Shown in pieces: positions 24,232 to 32,512 of a DNA stretch of 32,512 nt. The stretch's first letter is position 1. Every line of letters begins with the position of its first letter. Under the pieces are notes generated by a model. That model searched no databases. It saw only the letters and a program-made list of their open reading frames with translations, and was not told the origin of the DNA. Position numbers and translations under genes: made by a program. The stretch covers positions 1-32,512 of the forward strand of contig SKSH01000191.1 of assembly GCA_007118075.1 (NCBI GenBank). Reading direction: 5' to 3'. This stretch comes from Halobacteriales archaeon. GTDB taxonomy: Archaea; Halobacteriota; Halobacteria; Halobacteriales; SKSH01.

Positions 24232-24250
24232 GGCCTTTTTCGGACGGCCG
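24232..24250 (+). terminator. T5 run flanked by GGCC...GGCC downstream of the L12 gene (candidate operon terminator)
   Basis: aaGGCCtttttcggacGGCC, with TTTTT at 24236-24240, 17 nt after the stop at 24219. Confidence 0.35.
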
Positions 24251-24258
24251 ACTACCAC

Positions 24259-24804
24259 ATGTTGATGAGCGACCGCATCGAGACGTCCACGCTGGGTGGT
24301 GGCTGCTTCTGGTGTGTGGAGGCATCGCTGGAACGACTCAGGGGCGTACAGTCGGTCATATCAGGCTACACCGGGGGAAATGTCGAAGAGCCGAGCTACG
24401 AGGCGGTCTGCACCGGGGAGACTGGCCACGCCGAGGTGGTCCGTGTCGAGTTCGACCCATCGGTGCTCGCCTTCGATGAGCTGCTGGCAGCCTTCTTCAC
24501 CATCCATGATCCGACGACGAAAGACCGACAAGGTCCTGATATCGGCTCCCAGTACCGATCGGTCATCTTCTATGAAACCGAGAAACAGCGGGAGGTAGCA
24601 GAGTCGATGATCGAAGATCTCGAATCCGATGGTGGCTACGATGACCCGATCGTCACTGAAGTCGAACCACTTGAAGTGTTCTGGGAAGCTGAAACCTACC
24701 ATCAGGACTTCTATGAGAAAAATCCGGAGCAGGCGTACTGTTCAGCCTACATCCCACCAAAAATCGAGAAGCTCAAAGAGAAATTCGCCCACGCGATTCA
24801 GTGA
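24259..24804 (+). CDS. msrA: peptide-methionine (S)-S-oxide reductase MsrA
   Basis: It has TLGGGCFWCVEA (the catalytic GCFWC motif) and ...GHAEVVRVEFDP...FFTIHDPTT..RQGPDIGSQYRS. The alternative ATG at 24265 is equally possible. Confidence 0.95.
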   Translation: MLMSDRIETSTLGGGCFWCVEASLERLRGVQSVISGYTGGNVEEPSYEAVCTGETGHAEVVRVEFDPSVLAFDELLAAFFTIHDPTTKDRQGPDIGSQYRSVIFYETEKQREVAESMIEDLESDGGYDDPIVTEVEPLEVFWEAETYHQDFYEKNPEQAYCSAYIPPKIEKLKEKFAHAIQ

Positions 24805-24886
24805 TCATCTGCCGTCGGTTTGAAGACTACAAGTCTGATTGTATTCATCACAACCCCTAATCGGAAGAATACTCAAAGTTCCCGAT

Positions 24887-26422
24887 ATGCGCCGCAGACG
24901 GTTCATCTTCGCTTCGGTGGCAGCAGGGGTAACCGCCACCGCCGGATGTGCCGAGCTTCTCGGTGTTGGCGATGACGAGCCAACACCGTCGCCGAACGGG
25001 CAAGCAGATAGCGGCCCAACCGAGGAACTCGACGCGCTGCTTGAACCCGGACGCACCGTTGAGTTCACCAATATCCCACTTGCAGCATCGGTACCTGATG
25101 GCTCATTCAAGACCGACGATGGCATCGTGATGGCAGTGGATATCATCGAACCAGCCACGGAGATTGGCCCAGCGATTTTACGGATGGGCCTTCAGAATAC
25201 ACGCTCGTTCGGGCAACCGTTCGAGCTTGGACGGACTGGTATCCTCGACCATCCCCCATGGACGGAGGCAAATGGCACCAATCTACTGGTCCTACCAGCC
25301 GATAGTCGACCGATCGGCGAACGGGCGACGCTTCCGGTCACCGATACGATGTACCGGTGGCGGCCCGATTCGCTCATGGGGCCGTTCTACCCGGAGTACC
25401 TCCACCTCGAGGCTGAGGAGACCCTCATCGCTGATTTCTATCTCCTCTCGGAAGCCACCCCGACTAGTGCTCCGTTCGGGCCTGGACGGTACACCTTCGA
25501 GGGTGACGAACCGATCACCATCAGCATCTGGGATCACGAAGCACCGGGGCCGTCAGGACAATCCAGGTTCGATGACACGACCGTTCCCTCGCCTCAGAAG
25601 GATATGGCCATCAGCTGGTATCACGAGGCGACCGACCAGACCGAAGTCTATCTCCAACCCGCCACAGAGTTCTCGGAACTACCGACCGCACTCGGGTTCG
25701 AGGTTGTCAACTACAGCAGTGAACCGGTCGATGGGCGGTTGGGGAACATGAACCTGTACAAGTTCGATGGCTCGGAATGGTTCGATCTCACCCCGAACTT
25801 CGAGTTGCCCTACCATGGTCAGATCGTCATTCCGGAACTGCCCACCTTAGACCACCATGAACCAGCCCTACCGATCGATGTCGGTGAACGAACAACCGTC
25901 TATCCGGGGGACACTGCCACCGCACCGGTGATGTTCAACCAGCAGGAGGGAATCGAGCATGAGAACATGCTGGTGGCGCATTTCCTCGGAAACGGTCGAT
26001 ACGCGATCGAATCCGAGTATCAATACGATGGCGCCCATCTCGCGACGATGTTCGAGTTGGATGGGCCAGCCCTCGAGGTAGAACCTGAAGCTGACGCCAC
26101 CCTCGATGTGGATATCGACGCGGTCACGGTCGAGTTGCCAACCGGTCCGTGGGCCATCGAACCCGTGGAGGTCGTGGTCGAGCAATCCATCAGCGAGGGA
26201 TTCGATTTTCGAGTCATCTCTGAGCAGCTCTACCAAACCAGGTTTCGCAGCCTCAGGAACAGCATCCCTTTGTTCGACATTGAATCTGTCGAGACCGTAC
26301 GAGTCATCGGGCCACACCAGCTTGTCGAACCGTTCCAGGAGGCTGATACCGAGTCACTCAAGGTAGAGTTCGAGGGAGGGTTTTACCAGATGACCGCTGC
26401 AGTTCGAGACCAGACCGACTGA
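24887..26422 (+). CDS. secreted Tat-lipoprotein, no recognisable domain (orphan)
   Basis: ORF 24839..26422(+) begins at TTG. The ATG at 24887 gives MRRRRFIFASVAAGVTATAGCAELLG, a twin-arginine signal plus lipobox (AGC). A Pro/Thr/Asp linker follows, then about 470 aa of acidic sequence that looks beta-rich. Confidence 0.7.
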   Translation: MRRRRFIFASVAAGVTATAGCAELLGVGDDEPTPSPNGQADSGPTEELDALLEPGRTVEFTNIPLAASVPDGSFKTDDGIVMAVDIIEPATEIGPAILRMGLQNTRSFGQPFELGRTGILDHPPWTEANGTNLLVLPADSRPIGERATLPVTDTMYRWRPDSLMGPFYPEYLHLEAEETLIADFYLLSEATPTSAPFGPGRYTFEGDEPITISIWDHEAPGPSGQSRFDDTTVPSPQKDMAISWYHEATDQTEVYLQPATEFSELPTALGFEVVNYSSEPVDGRLGNMNLYKFDGSEWFDLTPNFELPYHGQIVIPELPTLDHHEPALPIDVGERTTVYPGDTATAPVMFNQQEGIEHENMLVAHFLGNGRYAIESEYQYDGAHLATMFELDGPALEVEPEADATLDVDIDAVTVELPTGPWAIEPVEVVVEQSISEGFDFRVISEQLYQTRFRSLRNSIPLFDIESVETVRVIGPHQLVEPFQEADTESLKVEFEGGFYQMTAAVRDQTD

Positions 26423-26474
26423 TGAGTCAAACCGATTGGAGACTCGATCGCTGATACCACGATCGCAAATGGCA

Positions 26475-26480
26475 TTTATA
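26475..26480 (+). promoter_or_regulatory. TATA box (TTTATA) for the TctA-like permease gene; leaderless spacing
   Basis: TTTATA at 26475-26480. The ATG at 26506 is about 28 nt from the box centre. Confidence 0.45.
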
Positions 26481-26505
26481 GGAAATAGCGGGACCAGCGA
26501 CGGCG

Positions 26506-27744
26506 ATGGTCCCCATCCCCATCGAACCCATGATCGGGTTGGAGATGGCTATATTGCTGGTCATCTTCACACTCGGCGGGGCATCCCTCGGGGTCATCAG
26601 CGGACTCATCCCTGGACTGCATGCCAACAACTTCGCCATGTTACTCGTCGCGGTGGCACCGGCCATTCCAGCCAACCCGTTGTTCGTCGGTGTGGCCATG
26701 CTTGCCGCTGGTGTCGTCCATAGCTTCGTCGATGCGGTTCCTGCACTGGCCATCGGGGTCCCGGATGCGGATATGGCGGTGATGGCGCTGCCGGGACATC
26801 GGCTCGTCCTCGAGGGCAGGGGTCGTGAGGCACTCCGCCTATCAGCCCTCGGGAGCATTCTGGCGGTCATCCTGGCGGTCCCTTTCGCGGTGCCGATCAC
26901 CATCGGGATGATGCTCATTTACGACCAGCTCATGGCGCATGTGACAGTCATCCTGTTGGCGGTGGTGCTCGGACTGATCTTGACAGAACCCTCCATCAGA
27001 GCCGGCCTCGGTGGCCTGTTGAGCTTCTCAATGGCGGCGATGCTCGGTGAATTGACCCTCGATATGAATCCGTCGGCTCCGTTGGATGCCGGCGACATGC
27101 TCAGCCCGATCTTTGCTGGGCTCTTCGGGGCACCAACGCTGATCGATGCGTCGAAGGGTGCCGGGGTACCGCCACAGCATCGTCCGACCATCCGTTCAAC
27201 CCGACGATTGATCCTCATGACCGCCGCGGCAGGGACGGTCAGTGGGGCGATCGTCGGCTTTCTCCCCGGTATCTCGGCGGCGATCGCTGCGGTTGCCGTG
27301 CTGGCACTCGTCCCAGGTTCGGGTGGTGACCGAGGATACGTCGTGGCTACAAGTGGTGTCGACACGAGCAACACCATCTTCGCCCTGTTTGCCCTGGCAG
27401 CCTTCGGTGCGCCTCGAAGTGGGATCATCGTTGCCTACGAAGAGCTCGGCGCGCCGGTTGAGCTGGGGATCCTCGTCCTTGCAACCGTAGTTGCAGGTTG
27501 TATCGGCTATCTGGTGGTCGTCTCAATCGGTGACCGATATCTCGACATCATCGGCGCACTCGATTACACTCGGCTGAGCATCGTACTTCTCGCCGGACTT
27601 GCAATCTTGTCGTTTCTGTTCGCCGGCATAGCGGGCATCGCCGTCTATCTCATCAGCACCATGATCGGTCTGGTTCCACTTCGCATCGGAGGTCGACGCG
27701 TCCATCTCATGGGTGTCTTGATCGGGCCGATTTTGCTCGGGTGA
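26506..27744 (+). CDS. tripartite tricarboxylate transporter TctA-family permease (DUF112, archaeal short form)
   Basis: 412 aa and polytopic. GVISGLIPGLHANNFAMLL..., HSFVDAVPALAIGVPDADMA...LPGHRL and a second half with GFLPGISAAIAAV show the duplicated TctA-type motif. Confidence 0.75.
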   Translation: MVPIPIEPMIGLEMAILLVIFTLGGASLGVISGLIPGLHANNFAMLLVAVAPAIPANPLFVGVAMLAAGVVHSFVDAVPALAIGVPDADMAVMALPGHRLVLEGRGREALRLSALGSILAVILAVPFAVPITIGMMLIYDQLMAHVTVILLAVVLGLILTEPSIRAGLGGLLSFSMAAMLGELTLDMNPSAPLDAGDMLSPIFAGLFGAPTLIDASKGAGVPPQHRPTIRSTRRLILMTAAAGTVSGAIVGFLPGISAAIAAVAVLALVPGSGGDRGYVVATSGVDTSNTIFALFALAAFGAPRSGIIVAYEELGAPVELGILVLATVVAGCIGYLVVVSIGDRYLDIIGALDYTRLSIVLLAGLAILSFLFAGIAGIAVYLISTMIGLVPLRIGGRRVHLMGVLIGPILLG

Positions 27745-27852
27745 GCGCACAGAACGGCTAGAAATGCTGCTTCGACCGAATGTCTCTGGGGACGGGAATC
27801 ATCACGTAGCTCCTCAGGCCATCGGATGCACAATGGGTTTGGTTAACGTCTG

Positions 27853-28197
27853 ATGGCAGTAACGCTTGACGAGACCATCCAACGCATCGAACCAGGGCTC
27901 GATGCAATCCCTCCAGCTGAGTTCGAGCAGCGTGATGACGAAATGCTCGAGACGAGACGGTTTCGAGGGGTGACCTATGAACAGGCGATCGGCTATCTTG
28001 AGAACCTCGGTGGTGCGCGGGTGAACAAGACCACGGTCGTCGGTGATGGCTGGCAAGCGAGACTCAAGCAGGGTACGGTGGCGGTTGGCCCATCCTATCG
28101 GCTCTCGGAGACGACAATCACGTGGAACGGTGACCCCGCCGTATTGGTCCCGCTCATCTACCGATTCAGACTCAAGACATTCCGTGCTCCTGGGTGA
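27853..28197 (+). CDS. hypothetical protein
   Basis: 114 aa with an acidic N-terminal half. It is co-directional with its neighbours. It is preferred over the fully overlapping antisense ORF 27814..28221(-), which is Arg/Cys/His/Trp-rich and would break the gene order. No family is recognised. Confidence 0.5.
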   Translation: MAVTLDETIQRIEPGLDAIPPAEFEQRDDEMLETRRFRGVTYEQAIGYLENLGGARVNKTTVVGDGWQARLKQGTVAVGPSYRLSETTITWNGDPAVLVPLIYRFRLKTFRAPG

Positions 28198-28260
28198 CAG
28201 GTATAACAGTCCGACTGGCAAACGACAACCGTTTTACCCGACCAACGGCAACCCGCGGCC

Positions 28261-28440
28261 ATGAGTGAAAGTGAGGCTGCAACCGAGCAGCGATGTGTCA
28301 CCTGTGGTATCAATGTGACCGGCACGAATGCTGCCACCTTCGGATGTCCATCGTGTAATCACCAGCTCCATCGATGCCCGAAGTGTCGAAAGCAGAGTAA
28401 TCCGTACGACTGCCCACAGTGCGATTTCAGGGGGCCATGA
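28261..28440 (+). CDS. small Zn-ribbon protein (COG2888/DUF1610-type, conserved partner of aEF-1beta)
   Basis: Hand translation gives [59 protein letters not shown], with four CxxC pairs. At 59 aa it is below the track cutoff. It lies 2 nt upstream of the aEF-1beta ATG at 28443, and its TGA overlaps an alternative in-frame ATG at 28437 (ATGA). Confidence 0.7.
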   Translation: MSESEAATEQRCVTCGINVTGTNAATFGCPSCNHQLHRCPKCRKQSNPYDCPQCDFRGP

Positions 28441-28442
28441 AC

Positions 28443-28709
28443 ATGGGGAAGGTTGCAACCCAGGTGAAGGTCATGCCGGCCTCGCCGGATATCGATCTCG
28501 AGGAGCTCGAAGACCGACTCGCTGCTGCATTACCCGATGGTGCAGAGCTGAACGATACCGCACACGATGCCGTGGCGTTCGGGCTCACCGCCATCATCGC
28601 GATGGTCGTGATCCCGGACGATGCAGGTGGTACCGAGGCCGTCGAAGAGGCGTTCGCCGCAGTCGATGGTGTTGAGAGCGTCTCAGTCGAAAACGTCACA
28701 CGAATCTAA
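28443..28709 (+). CDS. ef1b: translation elongation factor aEF-1 beta
   Basis: ORF 28419..28709(+). The ATG at 28443 gives [26 protein letters not shown]...[45 protein letters not shown], a classic aEF-1beta. An alternative ATG lies at 28437. Confidence 0.9.
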   Translation: MGKVATQVKVMPASPDIDLEELEDRLAAALPDGAELNDTAHDAVAFGLTAIIAMVVIPDDAGGTEAVEEAFAAVDGVESVSVENVTRI

Positions 28710-29365
28710 CCGTCTGGTTCTACCGCGTCTAAGTACGCCTGCAGTAGCGACGGGAAATCACGCCCACGCAGGTACCTGAGACCGAAGTCCTCTGTCCAAT
28801 CGATGATACCTGCATCCTCAGTCACGACCCCGGCATCGAGTTCTCTGGCGAGGATGAGTAGGTCAAAATCCTCACGGGAATCCAACACACCCTTTCGCAA
28901 CGAGGTACGGTACTTCTCACGTAGTTCAGCGATCAGTTCGTCGGTCACGGTCTTATGCTCGTGATCGTCCAGTGGCTCTGGCTCGAGTTGTTCTGCACGC
29001 CTGACAACCTCCTCTGAGACTCGAAGGCCGCGGTTGACCCGAGTACTCATCTCATCGATGAACTCATACACCACGTCGGCGGGGATCGACACTGCGTATC
29101 GGTCGGGATGTTTCCTGATGATCCAGGTCGCGAGCTCGTCCAAGAGCTCCTCGCTGACATCACGGGTCTCGAGCATCCGGGTACATTCATCGTATACCGA
29201 CGGCGGCATGTAACAGGAGATGCCGAGTGATAACCTGGCTCTGGAGATCAACTTGAGCAACGCCTCGACGGCCGCCTCGACATCCTGATCTTCGTCCCGG
29301 ATGTCCTGTGTGAGGAATGCAGAGGTGTCGAGCACGAATCGCTGCTTGAATGGATCGACGCTCAT
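28706..29365 (-). CDS. PIN-domain-like 'RNA ligase partner' protein (MJ_0950 family)
   Basis: ORF 28706..29419(-). The ATG at 29363-29365 gives [20 protein letters not shown]... (first acidic residue of a PIN fold). Later it has ...[23 protein letters not shown]. It is divergent from the RNA ligase gene. Confidence 0.75.
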   Translation of the reverse strand: MSVDPFKQRFVLDTSAFLTQDIRDEDQDVEAAVEALLKLISRARLSLGISCYMPPSVYDECTRMLETRDVSEELLDELATWIIRKHPDRYAVSIPADVVYEFIDEMSTRVNRGLRVSEEVVRRAEQLEPEPLDDHEHKTVTDELIAELREKYRTSLRKGVLDSREDFDLLILARELDAGVVTEDAGIIDWTEDFGLRYLRGRDFPSLLQAYLDAVEPDG

Positions 29366-29424
29366 TGAGCGTCGATTCGAGCGCTGGTGCAAAGTAGCTT
29401 CGCTGCTATGCACAGGCAACCACT

Positions 29425-30558
29425 TTGGGTATAGCCACCGAAACCCACCATGTGAACCCGCACGAGCTTCTCGGTCTCGACAACGCAGCGTTCGAGCGTG
29501 TCGCAGACCACCTCCAAACCCGCCGCTTTGAGGAGATCAAGTACCAGTTCCTCCCCGACTACCACAGACAGCTCGAGCGTGGGACCGTCCTCACCGGCCA
29601 GACAGCGGTCCGTGGATTCCCGAAGGTACCACGGACACTCATGCTCGAGGGTGGAATTGCCCGCCACTTCGAGGATGAGATCTACGTTGAAGAGAAGCTC
29701 AATGGCTACAACACCAGGATCGCGAGAATCGACGGTGTTACCTATGGGATCCTCAGGAGCGGGCGGATCTGCCCGTTCACCACCTGGTATGCCCGCGATC
29801 GTCTCGACCTTGAAGATATCTTCGACGCATACCCAGAGCAGGTGCTCTGTGGCGAGATGATCGGACCGGATAATCCGTATACACCACACAGCTACCCCGG
29901 TGTGGAGTCACTCGAGTTTAGGGCATTCGACGTTCGACATCGGGAATCAGGCGTCCCGATGGCTGTCACGACCAGACGGACCGTCCTCGAAGCACATGCC
30001 ATCCCACAGGTCGAGCATTTGGCGACCGTGAGCCCGACCGACGGTCATGAGATAGTTGCCAAGGTGATCGAAGATCTCGATCAAACCGGGCGCGAGGGGA
30101 TCATCATGAAATCCCCATGCGGTACAAAACAGCTCAAGTATACCACCTCATCCGCGAACCAGGGCGACCTCGCGTTCGCCTTCTCGCTCCCGTTCGACTA
30201 CGGTCAAGCGTTCATGTTCAGACGACTCATTCGGGAGGGATTTCAGTCGGTCGAGTTTGATGACGATGCAGCTCGTCGTGAACGTGCCACCTCCCTCGGG
30301 GAGGCCATTTTGACTTCGATGACCGACGCGATCGAGGCCGTCGATGCTGGAGAGCGACTCGCTGAGGACCATGCGGTCACGGCGCCACCGGCGGTTGTTG
30401 ACGACCTCTTGAACCATCTCAGAGAGATGGGTTTGCGCCTCGATATCGTCGAGGATGTCTCTCAGGTGAGTGAACGACACGTCAATTTTCGGAAAATCGT
30501 CCAATCGTCGAACGACAAGATCGACCATTACCTCGATGGAGCGATCGTTAAGGAATAA
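29425..30558 (+). CDS. ATP-dependent RNA ligase, archaeal Rnl3 family (Pab1020/MthRnl-like)
   Basis: The motifs are VEEKLNGYN (motif I, adenylated Lys), [29 protein letters not shown] and LKYTTSSAN. There is no N-terminal ATG, so the start is TTG 29425 or GTG 29452. Confidence 0.88.
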   Translation: MGIATETHHVNPHELLGLDNAAFERVADHLQTRRFEEIKYQFLPDYHRQLERGTVLTGQTAVRGFPKVPRTLMLEGGIARHFEDEIYVEEKLNGYNTRIARIDGVTYGILRSGRICPFTTWYARDRLDLEDIFDAYPEQVLCGEMIGPDNPYTPHSYPGVESLEFRAFDVRHRESGVPMAVTTRRTVLEAHAIPQVEHLATVSPTDGHEIVAKVIEDLDQTGREGIIMKSPCGTKQLKYTTSSANQGDLAFAFSLPFDYGQAFMFRRLIREGFQSVEFDDDAARRERATSLGEAILTSMTDAIEAVDAGERLAEDHAVTAPPAVVDDLLNHLREMGLRLDIVEDVSQVSERHVNFRKIVQSSNDKIDHYLDGAIVKE

Positions 30559-30561
30559 CCC

Positions 30562-31719
30562 TCAGCGAGCCTGGTCGAAGGCTTGATCGAGATCGGCGAT
30601 CAGATCGTCGATGTGCTCGACGCCGACACTGGCTCGGATGAGGCCATCGGCCAGTCCAGATGCCCGACGCTCTTCGGCTGGGACAGCGGCGTGCGTCATC
30701 GTCGCTGGCTGCTCGATCAGACTCTCAACTCCACCGAGGCTCTCAGCCAGCGTGAAAACCGAGAGACTGCTGACGATCTCACTCGCCGTCTCAAGCGCAC
30801 AATCGAGTTCGAAGCTGACCATCCCACCGTAGCCGCTCATCTGCCGTGTGGCGACCTCGTGGCCGGAATGGTCGGGAAGGCCAGGGTAGTAGACCTCATC
30901 GACGAGCGGGTCATCATCCAACCATTCTGCTAGCACCATCGCATTCGAGCAGTGCCGCTCCATGCGGAGCGGGAGCGTCTTCGTCCCACGGAGTACGAGG
31001 AAACACGCGAACGGATCGATCGTCGCTCCAACCGCATTCTGATGGAAGCCGAACGCTTCATCGAGCTCTGCATCATCGGTGAGGAGCGCACCGCCGACAA
31101 CATCGGAGTGACCACCGAGGTACTTCGTCAAGGAGTGGCAAACGAAGTCTGCACCGAGATCCAACGGTCGCTGGAGATACGGGGTCGCGAACGTGTTATC
31201 GACTCCATAGAGGGCGTCGGCTTCAGCTGCCACCTCGGCGATCGCCTCGATATGGACCACCTTCAAGAGTGGATTCGTCGGGGTCTCCAACCAGAGCAAC
31301 TCGGTCTCTGGGCGGACAGCTGATCGAACCGCATCGAGATCGGTCATATCGACGAACGTGAACTCCAGGTCGTATCCCTCGTATACCTGGGTGAAGAGGC
31401 GGTGTGTCCCACCGTAGAGATCTCGCTCGGCGACGACGTGATCGCCCGCCTCGAGCAGGTTCATGACGGTGTTGATCGCGCCCATCCCGCTCGAGAACGC
31501 ACGCCCATACGCAGCCCCCTCGAGGGCTGCGAGGTTCGCCTCGAGCGTCTCTCTGGTCGGATTGCCGGTCCGAGCGTATTCGTAGCCTCGATCATCCCCT
31601 GGGGCATCCTGCTCGAAGGTGGATGACGCGTAAATCGGGGGCATCACCGCCCCGGTGGCCGGGTCTGGTTCCTGTCCGCCGTGGATCGCCGTGGTCTCGA
31701 AGGCGTGCTCCTCGTCCAT
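30562..31719 (-). CDS. PLP-dependent Cys/Met metabolism enzyme (cystathionine gamma-synthase / gamma- or beta-lyase family)
   Basis: ORF 30562..31746(-) begins at GTG. The ATG at 31717-31719 gives [20 protein letters not shown]... It also has [19 protein letters not shown] and [12 protein letters not shown] (PLP lysine). Confidence 0.9.
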   Translation of the reverse strand: MDEEHAFETTAIHGGQEPDPATGAVMPPIYASSTFEQDAPGDDRGYEYARTGNPTRETLEANLAALEGAAYGRAFSSGMGAINTVMNLLEAGDHVVAERDLYGGTHRLFTQVYEGYDLEFTFVDMTDLDAVRSAVRPETELLWLETPTNPLLKVVHIEAIAEVAAEADALYGVDNTFATPYLQRPLDLGADFVCHSLTKYLGGHSDVVGGALLTDDAELDEAFGFHQNAVGATIDPFACFLVLRGTKTLPLRMERHCSNAMVLAEWLDDDPLVDEVYYPGLPDHSGHEVATRQMSGYGGMVSFELDCALETASEIVSSLSVFTLAESLGGVESLIEQPATMTHAAVPAEERRASGLADGLIRASVGVEHIDDLIADLDQAFDQAR

Positions 31720-31759
31720 AGTCGAACACAACGTCGCCAGGGACACAAGACCTTGCGGT

Positions 31760-32098
31760 TCAATACAGCGGGAGGTGACCGGTCACCGAATCGATGTCAG
31801 CTTCCGATGCGGGGCCGATCCCGAGCGTGGTGACCGTCCCCGGTTCGAGTTCGGTCCGACCAGCATCGGTGATGAGGGCTGCTGGAAGGTTGCGACGTAC
31901 GGCTTCACGCTCAAGCTCCTCGAGGGCAGCCTTCGTCGGTACCCGAAGCACCACCTTGCGCTGTCCTCGAGCCAACCACGCATCACGATCGGCGTTATCG
32001 GTCACATCGGCCGCACTGACCGCCGCATGGGCGACCTGGGCCGCGAGTTTGCCGACGCCAAGATCGAGATCGCCACGGACCACGATCACCTGCTTCAT
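31760..32098 (-). CDS. pth2: peptidyl-tRNA hydrolase, archaeal type (Pth2)
   Basis: 112 aa. [27 protein letters not shown]...KVVLRV...[21 protein letters not shown]. Confidence 0.92.
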   Translation of the reverse strand: MKQVIVVRGDLDLGVGKLAAQVAHAAVSAADVTDNADRDAWLARGQRKVVLRVPTKAALEELEREAVRRNLPAALITDAGRTELEPGTVTTLGIGPASEADIDSVTGHLPLY

Positions 32099-32191
32099 CA
32101 GATGGAGTCGGTCCCGCCGAGGGTAAAATCCTGGCTATCGACCGTGGGCAGAAACGGGAGGATTATTTGGTCCGACGGGGTGGGTCGGCAT

Positions 32192-32512
32192 ATGATCCTC
32201 TCTGACCGGGACATCAAGAAGCGACTCGAGGAGGGGTCGCTTGTGATCGATCCGCTCGATGATCCGGAGCTGCAGATCCAACCGGCGAGTGTCGATCTCA
32301 GACTCGGCGGCGAGTTCCTCGAGTTTCGACAGAGCAACATCCCATACATCAACCCTGATAGCCCGGCGCAGGTCGAGGATTACACCCAACGGACGATCGT
32401 CGAGGACGTCGAGATCATCGGACAGACAACACTCGACTCGGGAACGAACGTCGAGCACTACAACACGGACAAATTCATCCTCCATCCGGGAGATTTCGTC
32501 CTTGGCACTACC
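32192..32512 (+). CDS. dcd: dCTP deaminase (5' part; runs off the window end)
   Basis: Hand translation from ATG 32192 gives [45 protein letters not shown]...[13 protein letters not shown]. The frame is open to position 32512. It is absent from the ORF track because there is no stop codon in the window. Confidence 0.9.
   Translation, partial: MILSDRDIKKRLEEGSLVIDPLDDPELQIQPASVDLRLGGEFLEFRQSNIPYINPDSPAQVEDYTQRTIVEDVEIIGQTTLDSGTNVEHYNTDKFILHPGDFVLGTT

Noticed and set aside
26419-26454. C/D-box sRNA-like signature (cTGATGA ... CTGA) just after the lipoprotein gene
   Set aside because: The boxes are only about 26 nt apart, with no C'/D' boxes and no terminal stem. The TGA of the putative C box is the stop codon of the upstream CDS. 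A chance occurrence is more likely.
27814-28221. 135-aa minus-strand ORF that fully overlaps the plus-strand ORF 27853..28197
   Set aside because: Its composition (rich in Arg, Cys, His and Trp, and not acidic) is atypical for this proteome. It would also interrupt a long co-directional gene run. The plus-strand frame is preferred, though neither frame has a recognisable family.
28706-29365. PIN-domain protein as a VapC toxin of a toxin-antitoxin system
   Set aside because: At 219 aa it is far larger than VapC. There is no small upstream antitoxin ORF. It is paired divergently with an RNA ligase, as in the conserved 'ligase partner' family.
1-32512. Search for tRNA or rRNA genes, CRISPR arrays, transposases or integrases, terminal inverted repeats, and defence or mobile islands
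   Set aside because: None was seen. All intergenic gaps are shorter than 330 nt. None folds by eye into a tRNA cloverleaf. No regularly spaced direct repeats are present. No recombinase-like ORFs occur. Apart from 11460-11674, composition is uniform. tRNAscan, Infernal and CRISPR-finder runs would confirm this.

Overview
This is a GC-rich, densely packed archaeal chromosomal segment that looks haloarchaeal. The evidence is strongly acidic predicted proteins, a Tat/lipobox signal peptide, archaeal translation genes and TATA-like boxes about 26-30 nt upstream of many start codons, which suggests leaderless mRNAs. I call about 45 coding regions. Most are housekeeping genes. They include the ribosomal stalk cluster uL11 / PHP phosphoesterase / uL1-uL10(P0)-P1(L12), aEF-1beta with its small Zn-ribbon partner, Pth2, dCTP deaminase (truncated at the 3' edge) and MsrA. 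Also present are ADP-forming acetyl-CoA synthetase with a stand-alone Pta-N-terminal-like protein, two adjacent CrcB fluoride-channel genes, a THEP1 NTPase, CutA, a PAC2 proteasome-assembly chaperone and a cystathionine gamma-synthase/lyase-type PLP enzyme. The rest are a TPP enzyme, two extended-SDR epimerases, an M24-fold protein, GNAT, VOC, Usp, FKBP, DoxX, a TctA-like permease and several membrane or secreted orphans. Many ORF-track entries carry spurious N-terminal extensions that begin at TTG/GTG or far-upstream codons, so I re-called those starts at internal ATGs. Three likely genes are absent from the >=60 aa track: a 59-aa Zn-ribbon, a 49-aa single-TM ORF and the open-ended dcd gene. 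I saw no rRNA, tRNA, CRISPR array, transposase, integrase or recognisable defence genes. I do not see a convincing novel multi-gene system, and this looks like core genome. The best leads are: (1) the divergent PIN-like partner and Rnl3-type RNA ligase pair; (2) a fused tandem EthD duplication translationally coupled to an HD hydrolase; (3) a membrane-anchored C2H2 zinc-finger protein with a His-rich ectodomain; (4) ACD coupled to a catalytic-domain-less Pta-like protein, beside an unusually AT-rich 299-bp control region with a perfect palindrome; (5) an orphan Tat-lipoprotein upstream of a lone TctA permease; (6) several enzymes with atypical features (M24 with Asp->Cys, a mini TrxR-like flavoprotein, an asymmetric CrcB pair). 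All family assignments come from motif recognition by eye and need HMM or BLAST confirmation.
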